Assembly (NCBI GenBank): GCA_051294375.1
Contig: CM119265.1
Location: forward strand, 19,581,642 to 19,645,641
DNA length: 64,000 nt
Origin: Paraspadella gotoi
Lineage: Eukaryota; Animalia; Chaetognatha
Direction of reading: 5' to 3'
In this document: positions 22,901 through 35,584 of the stretch, one piece after another
Numbering within the stretch: position 1 is the first letter of the stretch
How the letters are laid out: each line of letters begins with the position of its first letter
The notes under the pieces: model-generated
What the model saw: only the letters and a program-made list of their open reading frames with translations
Database searches by the model: none
What the model was told of the DNA's origin: nothing
Made by a program: the position numbers and the translations under genes

Positions 22901-24405
22901 TATCCGTTCGCTCACGCACTGACGTCGCATAGTCCGCCGCGTCGCCCGTCGGAGTTAATCCCGAGCCCTCAAAGGCTCCACGGTCGCCCCCCCGTCTCAC
23001 GCCTTCCTCTTTGGTCAACTCCTCCTTCAGACTTCACTCCTTCCCTCCTTTATCGGGCCTGACGGATAGTGAAAGCGAAGGGGAAGACAAAATGTTCACA
23101 ACCAAGGGTGGACTCTGGCGTGGGTAGAGTCCGAGATAAGGAAGAGGAATGTGGGTTAAATTTGTGGGCTCGATTGCAAAGCAGGCTTGGTAGTTTGTGA
23201 TATCAAGTAAAGAGTTTAAAAGAAAAGGTTCGACGCTTATTGTCTCGAAATATTTATATTATTATATATATAAGTATATACAGTGGAGGATGAAATTTTT
23301 AGTTAAGAAAAATCTGAGATCAAGTGGAAATAAATTGAACGTCATTCGAGCTGGAATAAAAGCTACAATCGACTTTTAAATGAACCACTTTGTTATTGCA
23401 AATCAAAGAATTCAAAATTAGGAATTTCTTTATGCCGGGAAAATTATCTCTACAATTTCATCTGCAATTCAAGCACGAAAAACTCGCTTCGATTTCACTA
23501 TAGGTACCATAATTTATACTTTAATAAATTTATTGCACTCTCAGTTGTTTAATATTCTATAAAGTTTTGGTTTCATTCGAATGAAAATCTTGCTTCTACG
23601 TAATTTACTTACTTATTTATTCCGATGGCCGAATAAGTGAGCCTTTTTAAATAAGTTAGACTTGAATTTGTTCGAGATGAAAAAAGAGAGGCTGAGATAG
23701 AGCGTCGGAGCGGAGAAAAGAAAAAGGAGAGACAGAAGACGAAGGAAAAAATTCGTCGTGCAGTGCTGGAATGAAAAAGTGCGCTCGATTGTTGAGCTGG
23801 CCATCTTTGGTATCGTACAGAATCGATTCGCAGGAAAAAAATTTTAAAAGAGAGACAACAATAAAAGTTCAATATAAAACGCATAGTCGGCATAGCCCAT
23901 AGCGCAGAAAGTAAAATACTAATAAAAAACAAAGAGAAAAAGATTCCTTTATATGAAACTAAAATAAGTAAAACATTTTTTTCAAAAATAAAAAGAAAAA
24001 GAACAAGAGAAAGAAAACACAAAAAGAATTTTTAAAGTCAAAAGAAAAAGAAAAAGTAAAAAAAGCAGAAAGAAAATGAGAGAGAAAAAAAAAAGAAAAT
24101 TGCCCACCCCGCCCACGGACCGCATTTATTCCACTTTTTTTTTTTCTTTTTTTTAAAGGAGCCGAAAAAAAAAAAAAAAATAGTAAATACTTCACTTTTT
24201 TATGCATCGTAAAAAAGTACTTTGAATAAAAGAAAAGAGAGAAACCTTAGACTTTCCTTTTCCGCAGTTTTATACTTTAGTACTCCACGTTTCTCCTTTT
24301 TAATCGTTCACAATGAGAGTGCCGGAAGATGCTCAGAGACTCACCAAACAGTACACTTTTATCGGTAAAAACCAGGGCGCCGTCCCCTGAACCAAAAGAG
24401 AGAGA
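19933..24405. repeat. Large fold-back: arms 19933-21984 and 22176-24405, ~190-bp spacer
   Basis: Arm 2 is the reverse complement of arm 1 from ttttggttcagggac to ttctcaagct, with many extra single-base insertions. Confidence 0.95.
21215..21345. promoter_or_regulatory. GC-rich promoter-like island
   Basis: GGGGCGGAG GC box (21243), TGACGTCA CRE (21275-21282) and GTGGGCGTGAC (21332-21342) within AT-rich surroundings. Confidence 0.4.
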
Positions 24406-24836
24406 GCGCTAACAGGCGAATTCATAGGCGGAGAGCGTCACAGACGGGAGCGGGAGCAGGGAGGGGACGAGAGAGAGGAGAGAGACGAGGTTCGATGCCG
24501 GATGGGAGAGACAGAGAATGAGAGAGACGAGCACGAGAGAGAGAGAGAGAGAGAGATCGAGAGAGATTTTTGCAAAAGGGAAAACTATCGGTCGTGAGAG
24601 CCTCTCTTTGTCTTCTCTCATTTTCTTTTTAATTTAAAAAACAAATGGTTTTCTTCGCTGGTGACTTGTTCCAATGTTGTTAAAATCGGAAAAAGTTGGG
24701 GAAAACTAAAGAAAATAACATAAGATGACGATATAACGAAGTCTGTGTATTAAGGCAAAAGATAAATTAGAAGAAAGATCCTTAGTGAGAAACCTTTCCA
24801 TTACTTTTTCCGCCCGCTCTCTCTCCCTCTCTGCTC
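24406..24836 (+). repeat. Direct repeat, copy 2 of 19479-19905
   Basis: Collinear match with 1-nt indels. Confidence 0.95.
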
Positions 24837-25270
24837 NNNNNNNNNNNNNNNNNNNNNNNNNAAAAATCGTTCTCGAGGTGACTTTTGTTTACCTGCCCTT
24901 CCGCCATTCCCTCTCGAATTCCGCTTCTACCGCCCTCTTTCTTTTCTTTTCTTAAATATTTCACGAAGGACACTGAAAATATTTAACCGATAATCCTCAT
25001 GTAATTTGAATGCCAGAATCAAAGGGTGGACTAATTTTAACTATATTTAATACTAGGACTTTTCTTCTCATCGCCATATTTCTCTACCCTCCTCTCTCTC
25101 TCTCTCACTCTCTCCTCCGTCTCTCTCTCTCTCTCTGTCGTCGAGTTTCGAATTCTTCCCACGTCCTTGGTCAGTGACGTCACGACTTTGACTTCGTCGG
25201 TCCGAACCGAACAAAAAAAGGCGCCAAAAATGTGAAGGAGGGCAATGACAAAGTAGAGTGGAAAAAAGAC

Positions 25271-25461
25271 CATATTTTCGGAAAGCCCCCTAAGAATTAA
25301 ATTATTTTACAGGTTTAAAGATTAGGTTTAGGGATTAGGTTAGAGATTCGGTTAAGCATTAGGTTAAGATTAGGAATAGAGTTAAGGATTATGTTATAAA
25401 TTTTGAAGAAGTTTAGGGTTAAATTAAATTCAATTAAGGAACTAACTTTCGGAAAATATTG
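25271..25461. repeat. Short element: degenerate TTAGG(G)-like core between ~14-bp inverted repeats
   Basis: catattttcggaaag (25271-25285) and ctttcggaaaatattg (25446-25461) flank attaggtttagggattaggttagagattcggttaagcattaggttaagattagg... Confidence 0.55.
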
Positions 25462-25884
25462 TTTAAAAAAAAAAAAGATTTCATAATCGACTAAAAGACT
25501 AAAGGACCGGAAATTCGTATCTGAGTTGTAGTAACAATAATCATTCTGATTATTTTACTACAGAACAATCCAGTCAAATATTTTAACTTTATTATGCACT
25601 TATACCGACTACCCGGTTTTTCAACTGCGCACACGGGATTTCTCTCCAACTTCGACTCAAAGGTGCGACGACGACGACGACGACAACGACGACGTCGATC
25701 GAGGTCCCACGACGCAGAGGCGCGGTGGAGCAGAGGCCCAGCGCTCATTGCGTCAAGTCGACCTCCCACCTTCGCACCTGATTTTTTTTTACTCCCGACT
25801 TTCCTTTTTTTCATCCTTTTTTTTTCCTTACTTTTTTTTCCTCCCTTCATTATCCGCTCCTATATTTTTTCTGGAGTACACGGT

Positions 25885-26300
25885 TTCCTTTTTTTTCTCC
25901 CTTTTTTCTTTTTCTCCCCCTTTTTCTTTTTCTCTCCTTTTTTCCTTTTTCTCTCCTTTTTTCCTTTTTCTCTCCTTTTTTCCTTTTTCTCTTCTTTTTT
26001 CCTTTTTCTCTCCCTTTTTCCTTGTTCTCTCCCTTTTTCCTTTTTCTCTCTTTTTTCCTTTTTCACTCCATTTTTCCTTTTTCTCTCCTTTTTTCCTTTT
26101 TCTCTCTTTTTTCCTTTTTCTCTCCCTTTTTTCCTTTTTCTCTCTTTTTTCTTTTTTCACTCCATTTTTCCTTTTTCTCTCCTTTTTTCCTTCTTTTTTC
26201 CTTTTTCTCTTCCTTTTTCCTTTTTCTCTCCCTTTTTCCTTTTTCTCTCCCTTTTTCCTTTTTCTCTCCCCTCCCAAAATTTTTCTTCTTTTTTTTTTTC
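25885..26300 (+). repeat. C/T-only degenerate minisatellite (~19-20-nt unit TTTTTCCTTTTTCTCTCC)
   Basis: Direct reading; produces the overlapping F/S/L/P ORFs. Confidence 0.9.
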
Positions 26301-26824
26301 TCCAATTCTCCAATTCCAAGGTTAATTGTTTTTTCTCCTCAACGTTCGTTTGTAAATTTTCTCTAGTGAAAAAAAAAGAGGAAATTTTACTTTTAAACTT
26401 TTCAACACATCATTGAGAGTGAAATCGTCGTCGTCTTCGTCGTCGTCTTCGTCGTCGTCGTCGTCGTCGTCGTCATTAAGATAATTACATTGCGTCTTGC
26501 AAGGTTTCCGTTAACGATTCACATTGAAAAGAGAAATTGGCTTCTTTTGCATCGGAGTTTGACAAGGTAAGTTTTCATTAAGATGAGGTGAGCCTCCGGT
26601 TTAATGTTGTCGAAAACTTTCCTTTTTTTTTTAAAATTCGACGCGGATGAAGGGCGCTTTTCACTTTGATCCGGCAGGTCTCAACTTGTGAGTTATTTTG
26701 GTTTCTATTCAAACGGTTTTATTGGAGATACGAATTGCACTTGCGAACTTTTGAGAGAGATGAGATTTTTAGTGCGAGTTGAGAACGAGGGCGGGTAAGT
26801 CGAGATTTGAATTTGTTAGATCAT

Positions 26825-26936
26825 AAGAAAAGAAAAGAAAAGAAAAGAAAAGAAAAGAAAAGAAAATGGGAGAGAAGAAAAAAGAAGAAAAGAGAAGAAA
26901 AGAAAAGAAAAGAAAAGAAAAGAAAAGAAAAGAAAA
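26825..26936 (+). repeat. (AAAAG)n microsatellite
   Basis: Direct reading. Confidence 0.9.
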
Positions 26937-27242
26937 ATAACAAAATGAGTAGAAAAAAAATGAAGAGAATTCTTAGCTTTTGCATACTTAAATACTGAAA
27001 TTTTTAAACAGTTTACCATGGCAAGAGAATCAAAACAGTGATTACGTATAAAGCAAGATATTATTAGCAATGAGTTTAACTTATGATATTTGTTTTGTTC
27101 ACAACTTCACACCAAAAACAATCACTGGGTTCTATTTTCCAGCGGATGTCGTCAGTTCGGATTATCACCGTTATTGTAATTTTTTTTTCGGGGAAAAACC
27201 ATTAACGCAACCTTAAAAGTTTAAACGATGTTCCTTTTGAAC

Positions 27243-27280
<38 letters not shown>

Positions 27281-27302
27281 AAGAGAGAGAAAGAGAGAGA
27301 AG

Positions 27303-27388
<86 letters not shown>

Positions 27389-27425
27389 AAAAAGAAAGAG
27401 AGAGACAGAGAAAAGAGAAAGAAAG

Positions 27426-27468
<43 letters not shown>

Positions 27469-28347
27469 ATTTTACACGAGGCGTTTCGATTTGTAAAACG
27501 TTCTCAATGACCTTCATACGTGTCTTCAGCGAACCAGTGGAAAAATAACTCATTGCTATAAAAGTTAAGAAACAAAAGTCGCTTCTCTTAAGAGTATTTG
27601 AGAAAAAAAGAGTCAATGCGTCAAATCATCGTCAGGACGAACAAATTTAAAAAACGCGACGACTTCAGCATAAAAGAGTTTTTAATTGGGTTTTTTTTTG
27701 TGGGTGTTTGGCTAATTTTCGTTTCCATTTTTTTTTATTTTCAGTTTTAAAAACTCGTCTTAATTTTTCTCTTCTCTTATTTCGCTTTCTGTTTCTCTGC
27801 CTCTTATTTACCCTCTGTCTGTTCCGTCTGTTTTCATCCAATTCCTCCTTTTATTCTTTAATTTCATTTCTGCTTTTTCCTCTCCTTCTTCTTTCCTATT
27901 TTTATCTATTTTTTTTCAGCTCGTTCATTTTTTCACTCAATTTTTCAAATATATCTGTCTTCATCACTTTTATTTGACTATGTTTTCTCTCTTTTTTTTC
28001 CTTTTCTCTGTTTTTTGACTCTCTTTTTTTTCTTCCACTTTTTCCTTTTTCTCGCCTCCTCCCTTTGACCTCGTTCCTCCTTTTCCTTTTCTCTCTTTCC
28101 TTTGTCCCGAGTTGTTCTCGATCCTTCGTTCCTCCTTTTCCTTTTCTCTCTTTCCTTTGTCCCGCGTTGTCCTCGATCCTTCTTTCCTCCTTTTTCTCTC
28201 CTTTTCGTTCCTAGTGTCTCTCCTTTCCTCCGTGCCTAGTGAACCTCCTCCTCTTCCTCTTCGTTTGCCTCCTCCTCCTCCTCCTCCTCTTTCATTGCTC
28301 TCCAGTCTTCAGCTTGCCATGAGCGTCGTTCGCTCTGTGATTCCCTT

Positions 28348-28406
<59 letters not shown>

Positions 28407-30498
28407 CACTCGTCTCTCGCCAACGCACTTTTTTTCTCTTGTGAAGCTTTTTTTTCTTTTCGCTATATTGTTTCGTATTTATCCTTCACACTTTCACACC
28501 CGCTGTATTAAATTTTATTCGCGACTCTCTCTCTTTTTTGTCATTCCCCGTCGGCCTAAATATTCATTTTATCACAGACTCGCTTTGTGTCTCGTGATAA
28601 CTCAATCTCTATCTTCCGTCTGCTCATTATGTCGGGCACGCTCACGCTCGCCGCCCACTGACGGTTCACTCGTCCTTTCACAACAAATAGAAAACGTAAA
28701 AAATCCGCGCGAGTAAAACGAACGTTAGACAAGCAAAGAAATAAACGATTAAAAAAAGAAAAGCGAAATAAAAATATGTATGTACATATAAATAGGTACA
28801 TGTGTTCATAAAAAAATAACACCGCCTCCATTTGATTTTTTTTTTTTTTTTGGTTATGTCGTCTTTCTCCGTCTCATCATTTTATGTCGTTCAGAGTACA
28901 TTTTTTTTCCTATCGTTTTTTTACATCGCGTTTCATGAAACCAACGGCAAAAGACATAATCCAACTTGTGTTCGGTCGTCTGTTCTTTTTTAAATTGTTT
29001 TTTGCTCGACCTGCGATGGACTGCGTAAGTTTTTTTTGTTGTTTTGTTTTTCTCGCTCCGGTTTTCTGTTTTCGTCTTGAAGCTTTTCAACTCTCGAGTC
29101 TTTCTTTGTTTTTCGATTTTCTCAATTCTCTGTTTCGCATTTTTGTTTCGGATTTTATTTTTTCTCTTCTCTTTTTGATTCGTGTCTCCGTTTTCTGTTT
29201 CGCGTTTTTCCGCCACGTGCGTGGGAGTCGGCGTCAACAATTCTTGAGCGGTTGAAATCGAGAGCGAGAGCGTTTCAACAAAACGAAGACCAAACAACAA
29301 AAAACAAAAAAAAAAAAAAACGAAACGTAAAAAATCCAAAAACAAACCCGAAATAAACAAAAGATCCACGACCCCAACTTCAGCCGAAGACGAATCGCGT
29401 CTAGACAACTGCAAATCTAATCGCGTCTTGAGTCTCGTTTACCAACTGCCTCGCAATCTGCGACGTCTATTTTAACCATCGCAATTTTAACTAAAATTAT
29501 CTTCGCGATTTAATTATTTCTCTCTTCGCCGATTATCGCTTCCATTTCTCATTTGAGTTTTCACTCTTTCACTCTTTTTTTCCGCACTCCTAGTTTCTCC
29601 TCGGCTTCGATATTTCCCAAAGGGCAGCACCAACCCTAGTCTCATCGCCGTCCACGACGCCAATCGCGGCGCGTATCGCCCATTCGTTCGACGGCAACTG
29701 TCTCCTCTTTGCAGCGCAGTTGCAATTTTCTCCGGAGCGCCGGGTTCCGTTGGCGGCGCCTTTGTTGTTTCTCGTTCTCCGCGTCCGCGTTCCATTTATT
29801 TCTCGACCCGCGACTCACCTGATTCCCTTCCCTACGGACCCACCCCCTTCAATTCTTGTTAACCCTTAGCTGCCTCTCATTTTCCCACTAACCCCTTACT
29901 TACACCCCAGTTCCCTAAAACCCGTTTTCTCCCCCACCCTGCCATCAGTTAATGTTCATCCTTTCCCCACTATCACTTTTTTTCTTTTTCCTTACCTCCC
30001 TTCCCCTTTTTACAACACCCTGTTCGTTTCTCCCTATATTCCTCTTCTTATTCCTTATACTTCCCTTCCTTTCCGTAATATTTATCCCTTCCTGCCCCCT
30101 CCCAGTTTCTGTCCAAACCTCTCTTGCCTCCAGTCGCTCTTTAATGTTCAGAGTTCCTCCCATCTTATCTCGTATTTTTTATTAAGCCATTACAACCCCT
30201 TAGTACCTGTTTGATCATCAGTTCTCCCAGTCTGTTCTATATATTCATTGTTCATAAACGTTCATTTCTGCCTCTAGACAATTCAACTGTTTCCAGCACT
30301 CTGCTATTTGGACACCCCAACCCCAGCCCTAGCTCCATCAACCCAAGACGGCTGGAGGAACTCGAGCCACGAATAGGCGTCGTTAAGGGGAGACCGAAGT
30401 TCGCTTCTTAACCTGCGCGCGTAACCTCGTTCTTCCTTCCCCTGGCTTCTTCTTTTCATATCTTTTTGTCTCTCTCTCTCTCTCTCTCTCATCTCTCT

Positions 30499-30547
<49 letters not shown>

Positions 30548-30829
30548 CTCTTTCTCTCTCTTTTCTCTTCTCTTTCTCTTTTTTTTTGTCTCTCTCGATT
30601 TAGTAATATTCGAATTGAAGCTCGTGTCAATTTCTTCCTTTATTTTTTTTTTTAAATTTTCCCCCTCTCTTCTGCCTTCTTGTTTAATTTTTTACAATTT
30701 TTATTCTCTTTTATCATATCCCCCCCATCTTCTGTTGTCGCATCACGTTCTGCTTTTCCTTTCTCATCCTTAGTCCTTCTCTCACTTTTCTTCTCCCCAT
30801 TCTATTTTTCGTTCTCCGTCTCAATTCTC

Positions 30830-32214
30830 ATTCTCCTTCTTATTCTCCTATTCTCCTTCTAGTTCTCTTCGTTCTCCCTCGTTTCTTCTCTACCGCCGCG
30901 CAGAGAGAGTGAGAAAGAGAGAAGCCCCTTTTTAATATTCATGACGGTCCATTCCTTCTCTTCTTTCTCTCCTTAACGTTTTCCTTTACACTCTCGTTTT
31001 TTTTCTTCTCCGTATTATTCACTGTCTGAGAGACAATATTCTTCTATTTACTTACATTCGGTTAGTTGCCCACCTCAAAAAAAAAAATCTTAAATTACCA
31101 CCGTTACGTCGCCGGGTTCTCGTGCTAACGACCTTATTTGTCTTCTCTTATTATTTTTAATATGTAATATGCATATTCTTTGAAGACTTTAGTCATTCAT
31201 TAACCCGAGTTAATAAAGAAAGTTTTTAATCATTCGACCAGTCTTTCTGTCTCCTCGTTATTCTGCCAGTGGCGGAGTCGTTATCATCTTGGACACTTTC
31301 AGCTATAAAAAAAAATTATTATTCTATTGTATTAATCCATAAAAGTTTAGAAATATGTTAACGATCCATGATTCATCATTATGCAAATGGATTCTTGAAA
31401 CTCTTTATGCAACGAAGGGAAGAAAGGATATTGATTTAGTTAGGTTTCTCCTCTTTATTCTCTCCGATCCTTATCATCCTTACCATTATGTTATTTATTA
31501 AGTTACTATCGAATATTGTTGTATTTCATTCACCTTCTATTTCATTTCATTAGTATATCTTTATCTCTGATTTGTTCACATTCGTTGTATTCTTCTCAAT
31601 TTGAAGTACTATGTAGCATCAGTGGACAACGGCATCGTCGATCAGCGACATATTTTTTTTTTGTCGTCGTGACACTCGACGTCTTCATCGCATATCGAAC
31701 AATCTATTAAATTTGATGGGAGTTTTATCGACGTTGAGCGCCATTCTTCAGGATTTTAATCAGGTAGTAAAACCAAATCCGTGAATATTCCATGGTTAAA
31801 CGCTCTCTCTCTCTCTCTCTCTCCCTTTTTATTGGCAGAGACGTTAAATCCGAGGCTCTTAATTCTCTAAAGATCAAAAGATGCTTTACTCCGTTACGCT
31901 CGAGTCCGCGGGAACCCGTTTGACGTAATTCAATCTGACGTAATCTATCGCGCGACGTAATCCAATTTGACGTAATCCATTGAAGCCAATATTCTTTTGA
32001 CGCGCGGAGAGAGAAAAAAAGGGGGGGCGAGTAAATGAGATGAAGCAGTGATTGTAGTGAGAGTCACATAAACAAACGAACGGAGAAACAAACTTACTAA
32101 ATGGATCCTCGCAGTTCCCAATCTCGAATCCCGAAGCTTCATAAAGTTCTCTTTCGGATCTCGACTCGACTCTCCTCTCTCTCTCTCGTCTCTCTCTCTC
32201 TCTAGTCTCTCTCA

Positions 32215-32248
<34 letters not shown>

Positions 32249-32400
32249 GCTCTCTCTCTCTCCTTCTTCTAATGTCGACTCTCACTCTCTCAGTATTTTC
32301 GCGTCGTTTCCCCTTTCTCTCCTGACCCTTCAGAAAACCCTGAGCCTCTCACAGACCTTGAATTTTCTCAATTTTCCCAGCAAGCGAGCTAGAGAGAAAA

Positions 32401-32464
<64 letters not shown>

Positions 32465-33440
32465 GCAAACAATAAACGTTTCCAGGACGACTTTGTCGAT
32501 TGAAGGAGAAAAGTGAATCAAGGAAATCGTCCTTCGCTCGTTTCACGTGAAATGAAAGACGAAGAAGCGAAATTTCGAGCTCACAGACTCAAAGTGAGAA
32601 ACTTTGGTGAGATGGTTTTCTTGTGTGACGTTTCATCAAGTCCACTCATTGAGATCCCATCTCTTGTCCTTTTGTTTGTTATACTAACTACTAACGATTT
32701 TTTCCCCTTTTTGTGCTTTGGTTTTTCACGTAAATTAAACTTCACTTGTTTGCATAATCACGAGAGTGAACCGTTTGAACGTTTGTAATAAAATTCCCGC
32801 TAATTTCATCCTTTCTGTTCATTCGTTTCTCATCTCACGGTTTCACTGCTTCATTCGCTCGTTCATTCTTCGTTGGCGCGAATCTCGACTGCAAAATCTT
32901 TCCCCGGCAGAGGGCGACGCCGTCGCCAAACCCGGGATATAATTCACGTCGACCCTCCCCCCGCCTTGCCGCCCGCCCTACTGACCGGCCTTCCTCCTCC
33001 CGTGTTTCACTGGCCACCCCTCTTGTGACAACGTGCCTCATTCCGTCTGTCGCGCGCATTGGGGTGGTCGCGGAGCGGTTGCCAAGGTGAAACTCGTGTT
33101 CCATGACGACGGGGAGACGACGATCAACAGCCTTATCGCGCGGAGCGACGAAGCGTCTCTCTACTCTGTGGGTGTGCTCCGTCTTTCGTCATCTCATGCT
33201 CTCTCTCTCTCTCTGCTCTCTCTCATCCTCTCTCTCTGCTACATCTCACGCGCGCTTTGCCAATAGAGTGCCACGAATTCAACCCGCCCACTATCTCTCT
33301 CTCTCTCTTCTCATCTCCTCCTCTCGTATCTCTCTCTCTTCTTCTTCTTACAAAAAAACCTCCAAGTCGTTTTTTTTATTCTTTTTGGCTTCCACTTTTT
33401 TTTTATCCGGTGGGAACGGACGGAATGAGCGAGAGACAAG
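30830..33440 (+). repeat. Duplicated block B, clean copy
   Basis: Anchors recur in order in 34220-41960: ctaacgaccttatttg (31126/34805), ccaaatccgtgaatatt (31773/35499), cgtaaattaaacttcac (32729/40776), cacgcgcgctttgccaata (33247/41709). Confidence 0.9.
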
Positions 33441-34219
33441 AAGATGGACGTCGATCGGCGTGCACTNNNNNNNNNNNNNNNNNNNNNNNNNTCCAAAAAC
33501 CTCTTCTCTTCTCCATTCTGAGAGAGAGAATAGAGAAGAGAAGAAGTTGATAAATATGGAGAGTAGTAGAGATGAGAGAGAGTTTTTTCCTTCCTTTCAT
33601 GATGCGTATATAAATATAATTGTTTTTTTGATGTCTCTTCTATTTTCAATTGTCTCTCTATAGTTCTTGTTAATTATATCTAATCCTTTTTACTTTCAAT
33701 GATATTATATTATCAACGAATTTTTTAAAACTCTCAATTTCTCTTCACTATCTCATCGACCTCCATACTCTTTCTTGGCAGGCCCCTGCCCCCCAGCAAG
33801 ACTCTCTCCCTCAGCACGGTTAATCCACATGCAGAGTGATCCTGTGAGAGCGAGATCAGAGACAAGGATCGCGCGGATTTTTCGAGAAGTATGCGCAGCC
33901 GCCTCAGCAACGAGTTGCCAGCGGGAAGTTCTGCGGAGTCGCACTGGCTCTTGGGGCTGGAGCGGCACAGGCTCTGAGCGCGTGACCTGGCTCTGTGTGT
34001 TGAGTGACGCTAGCGGGTCGGAGTAAGCGACTCAAGGTACCGCCTAGCCCGAAGGCGGACGAATCCCCACCCCGCCTTTTTTAACGGACACCCGGGAAAT
34101 CTTCAGTCCTTTTCTCGACCTGTTTCTATCTCCCCACGATCCGTACTATATTTTCGATTCTCCGAGAGAGAGAGTTAAGGGGAGCAAACAAGTGGCTACC
34201 TTGCACAAAACATATCTAC

Positions 34220-35542
34220 ATCTCTTATTCTTTGATTCTCCCAATTATAATTCTCCTTCTAGTTATATTTCTCTTCGTTCGTCCCTCATGGTTGTCTCTC
34301 CTACCGCCACCTGTCGCAAATATATCATTGAGAAGAATTTATGTGAATATCATATAGGAGTTCGTAGTTGATGTGGAAGGGAATAAAGTATATGAAGAGT
34401 GAGGAAGCAGAACAAGTCTGCTCCTCTTCATTTAATATATTCATGGACATGTGTCACATATCCTATCTCTCATATTCTCTCATTCTAATTGTCATAAACA
34501 GTGTGATATCACTTATACACATCTAATACTTTATTTATTTTTTTATCTTAACTCAGTGAAAAAAAATATATAATCAACATGTACTGAGAAGAACAAATAA
34601 ATAATTAACTTACTAATTACTTACATTAACGGGTTTTAAGTTGACAAACCCCACCCCTACCAAAAAAGAAAAAAAAATCTATAAAATTTACCTAACAAAA
34701 ACCACCGTTTAACAGTCGCAACAACAGGCCGAACAAAATAAAAAATAATAAAAAAAAAAAAGAAAAAAAAGCAAAAAAAAGAAAGGCAGTTCTAAAACAG
34801 TGAACTAACGACCTTATTTGTCTCTCTTATTATTTTTAATATGTAATATGCATATTCTTTGAAGACTTTAGTCATTCATTAACCTACCGAGTTAAATAAA
34901 GAAAGTTTTTAATCATTCGACCAAGTCTTTCTGTCTCCTCGTTATTCTGCCAAGATGGCGGAGATCGTTATCATCTTGGACACTTTCAAGCACTATAAAA
35001 AAAAAAATTGTATTATTCTATTGTATTAATCCATAAAAGTTTAGAAATATGTTAACGATCCATGATCATCATTAATGCAAATGGATTCTTGAAACTCTTT
35101 ATGCAAACGGAAGGGGAAGAAAAAGGATATGATTAGTTAGGTTTCTCGCTCTTTATTCTCTCCGATCCTTATCATCCTTACCATTATGTTATTTATTAAG
35201 TTACTATCGAATATTGTTGTATTTCATTCACCTTCTATTTCATTTCAAGTTAGATATTACTTTATCTCTGATTTGTTCACATTCGTTGTATTCTTCTCAA
35301 TTTGAAGTACTATGCTAGCATCAGTGGACAACGGCATCGGATGTTACTTTCGCATCTCGATCAGCGCACATAATTTTTTTTTTTTGTCGTCGTGACAACT
35401 CGACGTCTTCATCGCATAATCGAACAATCTATTAAATTTGAATGGGAGTTTTATCGACGTTGAGCGCCATTCTTCAGGATTTAAATCAGGTAGTAAAACC
35501 AAATCCGTGAATATTTCCATGTTAACGCTCTTCTCTCTCTCT

Positions 35543-35584
<42 letters not shown>

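Noticed and set aside
33753-34100. GC-rich ORFs suggesting a foreign or bacterial insert
   Set aside because: They sit right after a 25-N gap at the start of the noisy read-derived segment and show no recognisable protein features.
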